Virus record (IMG/VR): IMGVR_UViG_3300032116_000218
Span: 1-59,181 of that record
Length of the DNA: 59,181 nucleotides
Strand: one strand, 5' to 3'
Source: a virus
Lineage: Duplodnaviria; Caudoviricetes
The notes under the pieces: model-generated
Databases searched by the model: none
What the model saw: only the letters and a program-made list of their open reading frames with translations
Told to the model about the DNA's origin: nothing
Made by a program: the position numbers and the translations under genes
In this document: piece after piece, positions 37,534 through 46,561 of the stretch
Position numbering within the stretch: position 1 is the stretch's first letter
Layout of the letters: every line of letters begins with the position of its first letter

Positions 37534-39774
37534 CTATCTCATTGTTGATAATTTTGTGCCGAAATTTCTTACGATATAGCCCGGTGGAAAAAATCTTCTG
37601 GCTTTGGCTTTTATTTGTTGAATATACGCCAACGGGTTTCCGTAATCATTCATATTGAATTCAGCTATACTCATTATCAACTGGCTCATGGTAGAGTCAT
37701 ACTGGGTTCTCTCGCCAATGTTAAAGCTAAGATTGTCTTGTATGCTTTCCAGAAATGGGTATCGCTGAGGCTGCTCCCAAATATTGTATGTAAATTCATG
37801 CAAATAGATGCCTGTGCCGCGAAGAAAGTCGTTATGATAGCTACTGCCCAACCGTGGCACATCGTTTCCCTGAGCATCGTTTCCGGTAAAAATACCAATG
37901 GTTTCCATCTGGCTACTGTTAGGGCTTGCTTCGTTTAGAATCTGCGCCTCAGTAAGAAGAAACCCGCTCATGTTTCTCTGAATAAAATGATTCTTCAGGT
38001 TTTCGGAAGTATTGTTTTCAATGGCAATCGGGATGGAGTAATAATGCGCGGCCATGAGAAGCTGGTCAAGGTCATATCCCATATCTGTACTCCTGTATAC
38101 ATACCTGAAAAAGACGCTTGGCGTAGGCCAATATCCGGGCATATTAACGTGATACTTGGTTTTGTGTGTGGCGTTAAGCCGCTCGTAATCGTAGTTGAAA
38201 AAAAGTTTTCCATGTACAGCCATTTTAGACCCCTTGCTTTTGATGTTGGCTTTGTTGTAGGGGTCAACTCCAAACACGCCCACTTTGCTATTAACTGGAT
38301 GCTTAATGCCTCTTACGTTTCTAACTTTATTAAGCATATCCGGGTTTGGTTCCCATGTTCGCTCAATTGGCCCGTTGCGATCATCCATCCACGCAACCTC
38401 CGTCTTGGTCTTTACATCTCGCCAATAAAAATACCCACGCCTAATTAGCCCCTGTATTTCCGGGGAATCAGCCATCATTTTTAAGTTCTGAAGAATGGTG
38501 GTATCAAACGGGCAGTTTTGATTTAAACTGCTAAACGCCTCGCTTGGGTTGAATGGGTTTTGCCGTTTCAATTCCCAATATGCAGACTCATCTCCGGCAT
38601 CCAAACATTGTGCTGCTTCGCGTTCCAAATATTCTTTAGCCCCTATACGCTCTGCGTCTTTAGGGTTTTCGCTTTGCATATACTCCCATTGCTCTTCGTC
38701 CGGGGCATCAATAATAGATTCCCCATACGGGCCTATCCATCCGGGCAAACCATCGTAGGCTGGGATGAATAAAGCCATCAACTTTGAAAATGTTGTTGGA
38801 AACTTTCCGTCCTTTTTTGTGGCAATGTCTGAGTTGTCCCAGAGTCTTTTAAACTCTTTTCCTCCTTCGTCAATTTCTTCGGTGGTGGTTGGGAAGACAG
38901 CAAATCCTACGCGTTTACCTTTTGACATTAGTGTCTTTTGCTGTTTTAGCCACCACGGCCATACATCTACAGCGGTCCACTTACCAGATTCATCGGGAAA
39001 CAAAAAGTTTACTCGCTTACCATCAAAGCCCCTGCGCGTCAAAGCACGAAGCCTCACCCGACCTCCTTTACCGTTTTCTATTGTGGTAGCAATTCCGCCA
39101 CCAGTTTCTTTCTTGCGTAGCGTCAGGTCGGTTTTGTTGAGCGTATAGATAGGCAGCAACCAGTCTGGTAACCGTTTAATTGGATCAGACAAAAACTCGT
39201 CAAAGTTCTCTTCGGACAATCTCAAATCGGACGCAGACAACCCGACAAACTGGTCGTTCTCCCGGCTCACAAACCAGAACGCCATTAAGTGCATCCACAT
39301 TGTAGCACCATCTCGTCTGCCTTTTAAGTATATTACGCCAAGTTCCCTTTGCTTGCTGTATACTTGCCACATATACAGCAGTATACGCCGCTGTCTATCC
39401 CTGTATTCAAGATGGCCGGTAGATGTTTCGGTAGCCGGAAACCAATAGTTCAAACCAAAATACATCCAAGGGGTAATCCAAGTAAGTTCGCCTCTTATGT
39501 AGCAAAAACTGCCGTCTTGATATATTTTGTTAAACTCTTCCATCGCCCAGCGTTTTTGAGCGTCCGTCCAATCAACAATTTCCGTATCGCGTCCTTTTTC
39601 ATCTTTAATGTATTTGCGATCATGCATAAACGCTGGCAATTGTGTGCGTTGAAACTTAGCAGTAGGATTGCCATAGCCCGGAACTTGAGTGAGGTCTTTT
39701 GGAATTTCAGGACTTATGCATTCCAGATTGTATACGGTTTCAACAATCCGGTTGTTCTCAATTCGTCTTTCCAT
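37534..39774 (-). CDS. terL: Terminase large subunit
   Basis: KGRRDGAT Walker A-like, DESGKW Walker B, RQNP....EAF, GVDP nuclease motif, IAIENN. Confidence 0.9.
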   Translation of the reverse strand: MERRIENNRIVETVYNLECISPEIPKDLTQVPGYGNPTAKFQRTQLPAFMHDRKYIKDEKGRDTEIVDWTDAQKRWAMEEFNKIYQDGSFCYIRGELTWITPWMYFGLNYWFPATETSTGHLEYRDRQRRILLYMWQVYSKQRELGVIYLKGRRDGATMWMHLMAFWFVSRENDQFVGLSASDLRLSEENFDEFLSDPIKRLPDWLLPIYTLNKTDLTLRKKETGGGIATTIENGKGGRVRLRALTRRGFDGKRVNFLFPDESGKWTAVDVWPWWLKQQKTLMSKGKRVGFAVFPTTTEEIDEGGKEFKRLWDNSDIATKKDGKFPTTFSKLMALFIPAYDGLPGWIGPYGESIIDAPDEEQWEYMQSENPKDAERIGAKEYLEREAAQCLDAGDESAYWELKRQNPFNPSEAFSSLNQNCPFDTTILQNLKMMADSPEIQGLIRRGYFYWRDVKTKTEVAWMDDRNGPIERTWEPNPDMLNKVRNVRGIKHPVNSKVGVFGVDPYNKANIKSKGSKMAVHGKLFFNYDYERLNATHKTKYHVNMPGYWPTPSVFFRYVYRSTDMGYDLDQLLMAAHYYSIPIAIENNTSENLKNHFIQRNMSGFLLTEAQILNEASPNSSQMETIGIFTGNDAQGNDVPRLGSSYHNDFLRGTGIYLHEFTYNIWEQPQRYPFLESIQDNLSFNIGERTQYDSTMSQLIMSIAEFNMNDYGNPLAYIQQIKAKARRFFPPGYIVRNFGTKLSTMR

Positions 39775-40177
39775 TTTTTCTTCTTCTTAGCTGTTTGTAT
39801 CCTTCAATAAAATTGTCCAGCAAAATGTCTATGTCCAATATTCTGGCATCAGAAGCTTTTTTAGACCAGTCTACTATCTCCGATATTTTAACAAGCTTTT
39901 GATGTACGCGCTGCCGCGATTTAATAGCCATCCATTGCCTGTCTTTAACCTTGTTATACAAATAACACCTTAAGCCATTTTTATACAACGTAGAGCCATC
40001 TGTAAATGTATTGCTTTTATAGTGAAATTGTATTTTGGGTTTTTCGTCTACAGTCTTTATAACCCATCCGCCATTTTCGTGCGGCTGATACGCAACATAT
40101 TTAATGGCGGTTCGGTGTCCAAAACCAATCAGGCAATCGCCCTGATTTAGCAAAACCGTTTTCTTATTTCTACGCAC
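39758..40177 (-). CDS. Hypothetical protein
   Basis: 139 aa ORF overlapping the terL start. Confidence 0.5.
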   Translation of the reverse strand: MRRNKKTVLLNQGDCLIGFGHRTAIKYVAYQPHENGGWVIKTVDEKPKIQFHYKSNTFTDGSTLYKNGLRCYLYNKVKDRQWMAIKSRQRVHQKLVKISEIVDWSKKASDARILDIDILLDNFIEGYKQLRRRKNGKTN

Positions 40178-40401
40178 TGAACAATAAAGCTTTTGCTGTC
40201 TTCCTGTATAACCCTAAAATACCCCTTGTATGCAACATTAATGTAGCTGCGCGGACTTGTAGAACAAGCCGCATACCAGCTTTTTTTCAATATTTTTAAA
40301 ATTTGACCGGGACGCAATTTTTTTAAACAACGAAAGTAAAAAGGGTGATGTTTTCTATACACCCTTTTGGGACCGTTATATATAATCTCTATTGCTCCCA
40401 T
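40147..40401 (-). CDS. Small basic hypothetical protein
   Basis: 84 aa in a run of overlapping ORFs. Confidence 0.5.
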   Translation of the reverse strand: MGAIEIIYNGPKRVYRKHHPFYFRCLKKLRPGQILKILKKSWYAACSTSPRSYINVAYKGYFRVIQEDSKSFIVQCVEIRKRFC

Positions 40402-40931
40402 ATTTCGTTTTTCCTCCCTGTAATAAGTTGATCGTGCAAGCTTGCGCCTTCGTATTTAGACTTTTGCTTGCCAATTTCTCTAATCACCGAGTCTTTAATT
40501 TCTTCATTGCCTTTAAACAATTCCTGCTCACGCCTTTCTATTTCCTGCTCTAAAGCGGCAATTTTCATGGCGTTTTCAATTTTTGTCTTGTAGCTATTGT
40601 TTTCATTAACATCTTCTCCCTGCTCCAGTTCACGCAAACTATTGCAGACATTGTGCTTCATAATAACCATAGACCAATACGTTTCAAACTTTCGATTGTT
40701 CAGAAAGTATTCTTTACTAAGGACAACAAACTCTTCTTCACTCAGGGAAACACCGGTCTTCATCGTAACTTCCTCCACCCGTTTTGACCAACTCACACTC
40801 AGAGGAATATAATTGCTGTAAATCAACTTTATCCACTGCTGCTCCTTTGACTGTTGGCTTTTTAAGTCCTGTCCTAACGGCGAATGTTTGCTGGTTTCTC
40901 CATCTGTCAATAACACTTCTTGCTTCTTCAT
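40389..40931 (-). CDS. Hypothetical coiled-coil protein, possible terminase small subunit
   Basis: 180 aa, helical and E/K-rich, near terL; function inferred from position only. Confidence 0.4.
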   Translation of the reverse strand: MKKQEVLLTDGETSKHSPLGQDLKSQQSKEQQWIKLIYSNYIPLSVSWSKRVEEVTMKTGVSLSEEEFVVLSKEYFLNNRKFETYWSMVIMKHNVCNSLRELEQGEDVNENNSYKTKIENAMKIAALEQEIERREQELFKGNEEIKDSVIREIGKQKSKYEGASLHDQLITGRKNEIWEQ

Positions 40932-41226
40932 ATGTTTCGTGTTCTATTTTTCCTTGTTTTGTTTGCTTGCAAAAATCTTGCAAAAGTTTTACCATCACTG
41001 GAATGGCTCCTATAAGAAAACTGTCAGACCGTTCACCTATACCGGTTGCTACAAGATAGTTACTGTCTCCGACATAAATTTCGTAGCAGCCAAGGCGTTT
41101 GTTAATGACTCGTCTCCAAACCTTTTTGAACGCCTGTATAGAATTACTCCCCGGCAGTTGTTCATGCTCGCAGTGCGTATCATCACTCTGGCCCTGATGC
41201 GTTTTATCTTCCTCATTATTTTCCAT
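40738..41226 (-). CDS. Hypothetical protein, boundaries uncertain
   Basis: Overlaps both neighbours by about 180-190 nt. Confidence 0.3.
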   Translation of the reverse strand: MENNEEDKTHQGQSDDTHCEHEQLPGSNSIQAFKKVWRRVINKRLGCYEIYVGDSNYLVATGIGERSDSFLIGAIPVMVKLLQDFCKQTKQGKIEHETYEEARSVIDRWRNQQTFAVRTGLKKPTVKGAAVDKVDLQQLYSSECELVKTGGGSYDEDRCFPE

Positions 41227-41375
41227 GATCGTGCCACTGTTGCTGTATACTCGTTTGGAAAGAATTGCCAGCCGTGCAAAAGGTAATGGTCAATCCCATA
41301 AAACCTAAGTCTGCCTTTTTTGTATTCCCCAAAACGCTGAAACTCTTCAATGTTTACGCTTTTAATCTTCGCCAA
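41049..41375 (-). CDS. Small basic hypothetical protein
   Basis: 108 aa, overlaps the upstream stop codon. Confidence 0.45.
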   Translation of the reverse strand: MAKIKSVNIEEFQRFGEYKKGRLRFYGIDHYLLHGWQFFPNEYTATVARSWKIMRKIKRIRARVMIRTASMNNCRGVILYRRSKRFGDESLTNALAATKFMSETVTIL

Positions 41376-41596
41376 ATCACAATCTCATTTGGGTATACAT
41401 CAAAGACAAACCCTTTTTCAATATTGTTTGCTTTACGCCACCGGTGAAAACTGCTTTTAACGGAATTGTATATGCCAATGGTTGGCTTACACGGAATTCG
41501 TATATGCGTAGTGTTGCTCAATAAAAAATCGCTAAACACATACATTTTAGGTCTGCCCTTTGGCAAAAAAACTGGAACCTCTTTAAGACTGCTCAT
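41354..41596 (-). CDS. Small basic hypothetical protein
   Basis: TGATG-coupled start at 41596 (MSSLKEVP..KGRP..Y.F). Confidence 0.55.
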   Translation of the reverse strand: MSSLKEVPVFLPKGRPKMYVFSDFLLSNTTHIRIPCKPTIGIYNSVKSSFHRWRKANNIEKGFVFDVYPNEIVIWRRLKA

Positions 41597-42222
41597 CAAT
41601 TTCTTATATAGTTTACGTTTAAAACTCCTTCTCCGGTGGCCTGTATATATCTGGTACGCAACAGAAAACCGTTGTCCCACTTTTGCCTGACATTGGCTGG
41701 ATTGCCCCAAAATATGGGCGTTCCTACGGGATAGTGCTTGTTTTCCCGGTCAACCACCCCTTTGTCAATGTAATGGCTGCTCCATTCTTCCACCGGCTTC
41801 TCCATGCTGTCATAACTTATTTGCTGTATAGTGGGAGCGTATACAATTCCATGCTTTTTAGGGATTGTTTTGCAATACACCCAATCTCCATACATTTTAT
41901 CTTCCACCTGAATTATGTCATACTCAGGCACAAGCACATGGCCTTCAATTTCTATCCCGGATTTCATGGTAAAATCCGTGTTTAGAAACCAAAATCTGAT
42001 TTTTTTGCCAATCAATTCTTCAGAATGACCAACAGGGACACTTTTTACTATGCCAACCTCGGCAAGGCCGTCCGTGTCATTGTTTCTTTTGTCAGGCAAT
42101 AGCAACGTAATCTTCTTTCCGCCCTCCCCTTTAATGGAAATTTCGGTTTCACGCATTTGCTCTACCTCAACAATGTAATACTTGCAAGTTCTAATGCCCG
42201 GCTGATACTCTATGCTTGTCAT
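41596..42222 (-). CDS. GroES-like (tandem-domain) protein
   Basis: Y.VEVE..E......G...LLP....E.GIV..VP.G pattern, repeated loosely in the second half. Confidence 0.5.
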   Translation of the reverse strand: MTSIEYQPGIRTCKYYIVEVEQMRETEISIKGEGGKKITLLLPDKRNNDTDGLAEVGIVKSVPVGHSEELIGKKIRFWFLNTDFTMKSGIEIEGHVLVPEYDIIQVEDKMYGDWVYCKTIPKKHGIVYAPTIQQISYDSMEKPVEEWSSHYIDKGVVDRENKHYPVGTPIFWGNPANVRQKWDNGFLLRTRYIQATGEGVLNVNYIRN

Positions 42223-42550
42223 TTTCTGATTCTATCCAGTTTTTAAGTAATTCTCTGAAGATGTCTTGTTTGTTTCGCTGGCCTATACAGGATAAAAAGT
42301 CTTCCCAAGTTTCAATATTCACCATAACGGAAAATTTCCTGCCGTCAATCCTGACTTTTGGCTCCTTTTTTACCATTATTGGCTCTTTGCTAAAATAGTG
42401 CTGGCCTCGACAGATTTGTTTTTCTTTACAAGCATTACTAATAGTGGCCGCAGGAATTAAAAGGGCTTTGCTTGCCGCAACGATGGTGTCGTATTGTGCA
42501 ACCAACACTAAATTGGTGTCAAATTGGTATATCATTTGTAAGACTTTCAA
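42191..42550 (-). CDS. NUMOD1-domain DNA-binding protein
   Basis: IYQFD....LV..Y.TI..AS..L.I....IS..C motif. Confidence 0.65.
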   Translation of the reverse strand: MKVLQMIYQFDTNLVLVAQYDTIVAASKALLIPAATISNACKEKQICRGQHYFSKEPIMVKKEPKVRIDGRKFSVMVNIETWEDFLSCIGQRNKQDIFRELLKNWIESENDKHRVSAGH

Positions 42551-42866
42551 TTTTGTGGTTTAAATACCAAGCCGCCTTTTTCAAATCTTCCAACTCACTG
42601 CCCTTTTTCCCGGCTCTTGAAATGTATTTTACCACATTTCCCAGCGCAAAGTCCAGCTTCCACGCATCTATCACCTTAATGGCCTCATACGGGCTGTCTG
42701 AGCCTCCGTAATGACGCGGGTGATGTACATGGTCCACCAAGTCAGAAAGAATGTCTGGCTCGCCCTCTAAAGGCTCTATAATGTCCAGCAATGTTTTGGT
42801 GCGAGAAGGCTGCATTTCAGCCCACTCCTCGTTCGTCATGCTTTGTCTAAGATTCCCCACCTTCAA
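42519..42866 (-). CDS. DUF3310 family protein (T7 gp1.7-like nucleotide kinase)
   Basis: V.HP.HY...EAI.VI...F.LGNVVKYI.RAG.K...EDLKKA.WYL. Confidence 0.85.
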   Translation of the reverse strand: MKVGNLRQSMTNEEWAEMQPSRTKTLLDIIEPLEGEPDILSDLVDHVHHPRHYGGSDSPYEAIKVIDAWKLDFALGNVVKYISRAGKKGSELEDLKKAAWYLNHKIESLTNDIPI

Positions 42867-43074
42867 TAATGTCTTTTAATTGATTCATAATTTCTTCCAT
42901 TGTAGCCATAGGCCAAAGCATTTCACAGCTATACACGCCCTGCTCATCAAAATTGCCGGGAGAGGCAATGTATGACTGAAAATTCTTGTTTGGATTGGCT
43001 GGAGTTGTAAACCTAATACAACTCTCTTTTATCGGGCAATCCCTGCCGTAACATTTGCTTATGCCTGAATTCAT
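42847..43074 (-). CDS. Cys-containing hypothetical protein
   Basis: ISKC.G..CP.K..C.RFT; promoter motif at 43088-43095. Confidence 0.6.
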   Translation of the reverse strand: MNSGISKCYGRDCPIKESCIRFTTPANPNKNFQSYIASPGNFDEQGVYSCEMLWPMATMEEIMNQLKDIIEGGES

Positions 43075-43106
43075 AATTTTGTCAACACAAAAGTAAACAT
43101 TTATAG

Positions 43107-43667
43107 TTAGTAAACAATATACACTTGATGGTCACCTCCTTTCTGTATAAGCATTTTGTGTTTTTCAACATATTCATCAATTGCTTTTTTGGCTCCCAAA
43201 CAAGTTGGTGCTGTATAATCATCAAACACTATCACCCCGGAAGAAACCATTTTGTCGTGAAAAAACTCCAAGCATTCTATGTGTGACTGGTATGTATCAA
43301 CATCAAGATGAACAAGCTTAAATTTTTTTCCGGCAATTGCTTCTGAGTTTTCCTCCGGGAAACATCCTTTGTATACAGACACATTTGGGAAAGGTTCAAA
43401 AATGGCAGAAACCTCTTCAAACGAAGTGTCTGAAAAATCCCCTGTCTTGTGGTAATTATCAAAATCTCCTGTTGGAGGAAGCCCTTCAAATGTGTCAAAC
43501 AAATAAATATTGTCATCTGGCAATATCTGATTAAGAAGAACTGCTGATCCTCCCTTATACACCCCCACCTCTGCAACATCGCCTTCTAATTGTTTAACCA
43601 ATCCAGCTATTGTTTCCAAAGATTGCATTGCGTTATGCCCGCAAATTGTTTGTCCTATTGATTCCAT
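43107..43667 (-). CDS. TylF/MycF-family O-methyltransferase
   Basis: GDVAEVGVYKGGS, LFDTFEGLP, VHLDVD.Y, G.IVFDDY. Confidence 0.85.
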   Translation of the reverse strand: MESIGQTICGHNAMQSLETIAGLVKQLEGDVAEVGVYKGGSAVLLNQILPDDNIYLFDTFEGLPPTGDFDNYHKTGDFSDTSFEEVSAIFEPFPNVSVYKGCFPEENSEAIAGKKFKLVHLDVDTYQSHIECLEFFHDKMVSSGVIVFDDYTAPTCLGAKKAIDEYVEKHKMLIQKGGDHQVYIVY

Positions 43668-43695
43668 TGTTTTTTATTTTCAGGCAAAGTAAACA

Positions 43696-43724
43696 AAAAA
43701 AGAGACCCCAGTGAGGGTCTCCTT
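43696..43724 (-). terminator. Intrinsic terminator
   Basis: GAGACCC-N5-GGGTCTC with an adjacent A-run (U-run on the minus strand). Confidence 0.6.
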
Positions 43725-43774
43725 TCCTTTTTCAAAATATGACAAAAAAATATAGGAAATGCAATTCTATAAAA

Positions 43775-44281
43775 TTATAACTCATCGGCAAAAAATGTTT
43801 TTGCTTCTTCAGGCAATTCCTCCCCGTCCTCTGTCACTTTTCTAAACTCAAGCACTACCCTGCGTCCCTCGTCCGTCTCCAAGAAATCAACCCTATCTTT
43901 ATTGCTCCCTCTCCAGAACACCACCGGGCTAAGGACATAATCGTTCCTAACCCCGTATATCAATCCCAGATTGCTCAAACTCTTTAAATGCTTGGGAAGG
44001 TTATTCAAACTCACCCCCGTTATACTAGCAATGTGTCTGCGCCTCTCTGGAGACAGCACTACAATGCCTGTAGCAAACTCAGCATACTGTGTCAGCTGCC
44101 ACAACACCTTTACATCCTGCAAGCTTTTTATACGGAACAAGGGAGCCATATACTTGTAATAGGTCATGTAAAACTCGTCCCCCTTAAAAGGAATGCTGTA
44201 ATACTGTGTCTCTGTTTGAAACCTCTTTTTGCCATTGTCGTCCTCAAAGGACATAATCTTTAGATTTTTCTTTGTTGCCAT
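43775..44281 (-). CDS. RepL-like winged-helix protein
   Basis: IA..TGVS...L..L...GLI.....Y.LSP.VFWRG pattern of the RepL family. Confidence 0.6.
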   Translation of the reverse strand: MATKKNLKIMSFEDDNGKKRFQTETQYYSIPFKGDEFYMTYYKYMAPLFRIKSLQDVKVLWQLTQYAEFATGIVVLSPERRRHIASITGVSLNNLPKHLKSLSNLGLIYGVRNDYVLSPVVFWRGSNKDRVDFLETDEGRRVVLEFRKVTEDGEELPEEAKTFFADEL

Positions 44282-44300
44282 TCGTCTTAAAAATATGCGA

Positions 44301-44308
44301 CAAATATA
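44301..44308 (-). promoter_or_regulatory. Bacteroidota -7 promoter element (RepL-like gene)
   Basis: TATATTTG about 20 nt upstream of the start codon. Confidence 0.55.
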
Positions 44309-44582
44309 CAGGCTTTTCTACAAAGTACTAACGGAAATAGTAGAATGTCCTATCCTGTGATAACGGACTACTCGTACACTAGCGTTAAGTACTCGTAGGA
44401 TAGTACTTTTTTTAGTACATGTCCTTCTGAATCACGCATTTACAAGCACCTCTCTATCTATTCTTTCATACGGAATTTTTCTTGCTTTTCGGTGGTTGCC
44501 TTACATGGGGGCTGTTTTACCATCCCCCCCCCCCTGTTTGTATGTGCGGAAACTTTTTGCCCTGTACCGGGTAGGGGGTCTT

Positions 44583-44640
44583 TGTGTAAAAGGGAGAATG
44601 TGTAAAAGGGGGAATGTGTAAAAGGGGAAATGTGTAAAAG
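44583..44640 (+). repeat. Four 16-bp direct repeats
   Basis: TGTGTAAAAGGGRRAA at 44583, 44599 and 44615; partial copy at 44631. Confidence 0.9.
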
Positions 44641-44750
44641 AATACGGAATGAGGGTTCCCGCAAAACGACCCCCCGGCCCGCGGCGGCCCCCGAAACGCG
44701 ATTCCCGTGACGGGGTGGCCTGTTGCCCCATGCACCCCTATACCCCTGCT

Positions 44751-45181
44751 AACCACCTGATTGTCAGCACGTTGCAATTGAAACAGCACACCGAAACCGT
44801 ATACACCTTTGAGCCTATACCACCGAAACCAGACCCGTATACGGCTGACCCTCAGCACGTTAGCCCCTCAGCAGCATATGCTATACAGCTATCCCGCAAA
44901 GGTGTATACCTTGCAGCAGCACCCCGCAGCAGCAACATCCATGCAGCAGAGTATACAGCAGCAGCATCCCGATGAGGGGTTTCCTCTGGACATCGACACC
45001 CGCAACAGCAGCACCCAGAGAAGGTGTATACATGGCAGAGGAATGCTGCCAAAAGGGAAAGCTTGTTAACTTGTTGAGTATAAGGAAATTACCCTCCCCT
45101 CATCACCCCAACCCCTCTGATTGTCAGCTATTTACCTAACAGCATTCCTATACAGCACAACCTATTGAATATCAATGTATT
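44751..45181. repeat. Dispersed dyad motif AAC-N3-YTGA-N3-TCAR-N3-(G/A/T)TT
   Basis: Copies at 44751, 45068 (degenerate), 45111 and 45159. Confidence 0.6.
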
Positions 45182-45282
45182 GCAATATTTTTTCGGGAAT
45201 GTATTGTATATTCACCTGATTAGTATAGAATTGCATGTATATAATCAACACGGGGGACAGCGCATTCTGAACACGTAAAGCT

Positions 45283-46557
45283 ATGGGAATCAATCCCTTA
45301 TATCATTTCTCAGCACCCCTTAAGGGTGAATCCGCAGCAGATTACTGGTCACGTATGTATGAAGCAGCAAGTCCAGATGCCAGAGACATTCTTGACAAAA
45401 GGTTGTCTAGCCCTTCAGACTACAGAAGTCTGATAGCCCACATTAATGCTTATTACAGCAAATGGATAGCACCTGACAAAGAGGGGCGGCAATTGATTAC
45501 ATGCCCTGCAACCCAGTCTGGGTCTGTATGTCTGGAAAGACATATTGCCAGAGGGGGCTTTAATGTTGTGACGGGGTCACAACCAACAAGGCCCGCAGCA
45601 GAAACACCAACGTATACAGCAGAACCAACGTATACAGAAGCAGCAGCAGCACAACCCGCACAACCAACACCAGACACAGCAGCACTTTCTGCTGCTCTGG
45701 CAGCCCTTTCTGCTCTGATGCCGAAACAAGGTGTCGATGAAGATGCTGTAAGGCGTATAGTGGCAGAGGTGATTGGTGCGGGTGGCTTTTATCGGGGTAT
45801 TGAGATCACTATACCTGAAATGCCAACCCGCACTATGGAGGGCCAGTTTCACCGTAAATTTCCAGATTTGCTGAAAGCCCTTTCGATGAGACAATCCGTA
45901 TACCTATACGGTCCTGCGGGTACATCAAAAACAACCTCAGCTATGAAAGCAGCCGAAGCACTAGGCTTGCCATTCGTTCTGGAGGTAGTTGGCCTTACAT
46001 CCACCAAAACAGACTTTTTGGGCTTTGTTGACGCGGGTGGTAAATGTACCGAAACGAACTTCAAAAGGGCATTCCTGAATGGAGGTGTATACTTCATCGA
46101 TGAAGCAGATAGTGCGAACGCCAATGTTGGTATAGCCCTTAACACGGCTATCGAAAACGGCATTTGTGCATTTCCTGACGGCGTATTCAAAGCACATCCC
46201 GACTTCGTAGCTGTTGCAGCGGGCAACACAAACGGGAAAGGTGGAACAGCCCAGTTTGGCGGGCGGGTTCGAATGGATAGTGCTTTCCAAGATAGGTTTG
46301 CTTTTATGCATTGGCCTATCGATGAAGACTTCGAACGTAATATAACATCCAATCGGGATTGGACCGCAAAGGTTCAACGTATACGGGCCGCTGTTGCAGA
46401 ACTGGGATTGGATGAACTGGCTGTGACACCCCGTTTGTCTATTAAAGGCGAAAAGATGCTTGCAGCAGGTTTCAGCGAATCGGATGTGCTAGATATGTTG
46501 CTCTTTCGTGGGGCGGTTTCAGAGGATGTGAAATACCAAATCTTATCCCGCATTTAG
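45283..46557 (+). CDS. MoxR/CobS-like AAA+ ATPase
   Basis: GPAGTSKT Walker A, YFIDEAD Walker B, H.DF...AAGNT, D.AF.DRF. Confidence 0.85.
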   Translation: MGINPLYHFSAPLKGESAADYWSRMYEAASPDARDILDKRLSSPSDYRSLIAHINAYYSKWIAPDKEGRQLITCPATQSGSVCLERHIARGGFNVVTGSQPTRPAAETPTYTAEPTYTEAAAAQPAQPTPDTAALSAALAALSALMPKQGVDEDAVRRIVAEVIGAGGFYRGIEITIPEMPTRTMEGQFHRKFPDLLKALSMRQSVYLYGPAGTSKTTSAMKAAEALGLPFVLEVVGLTSTKTDFLGFVDAGGKCTETNFKRAFLNGGVYFIDEADSANANVGIALNTAIENGICAFPDGVFKAHPDFVAVAAGNTNGKGGTAQFGGRVRMDSAFQDRFAFMHWPIDEDFERNITSNRDWTAKVQRIRAAVAELGLDELAVTPRLSIKGEKMLAAGFSESDVLDMLLFRGAVSEDVKYQILSRI

Positions 46558-46561
46558 TAAT

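Noticed and set aside
37534-39774. Intron or intein in the terminase
   Set aside because: Uninterrupted ORF of ordinary length for this group, with no splicing motifs seen.
44458-45069. ORFs in the divergence region
   Set aside because: Low-complexity translations of repeats in several frames, with no protein-like motifs.
46262-46280. GGGTTCGAAT inside the AAA+ gene as a fifth tRNA-like element
   Set aside because: No complementary T-stem or acceptor stem, and it lies in coding sequence.
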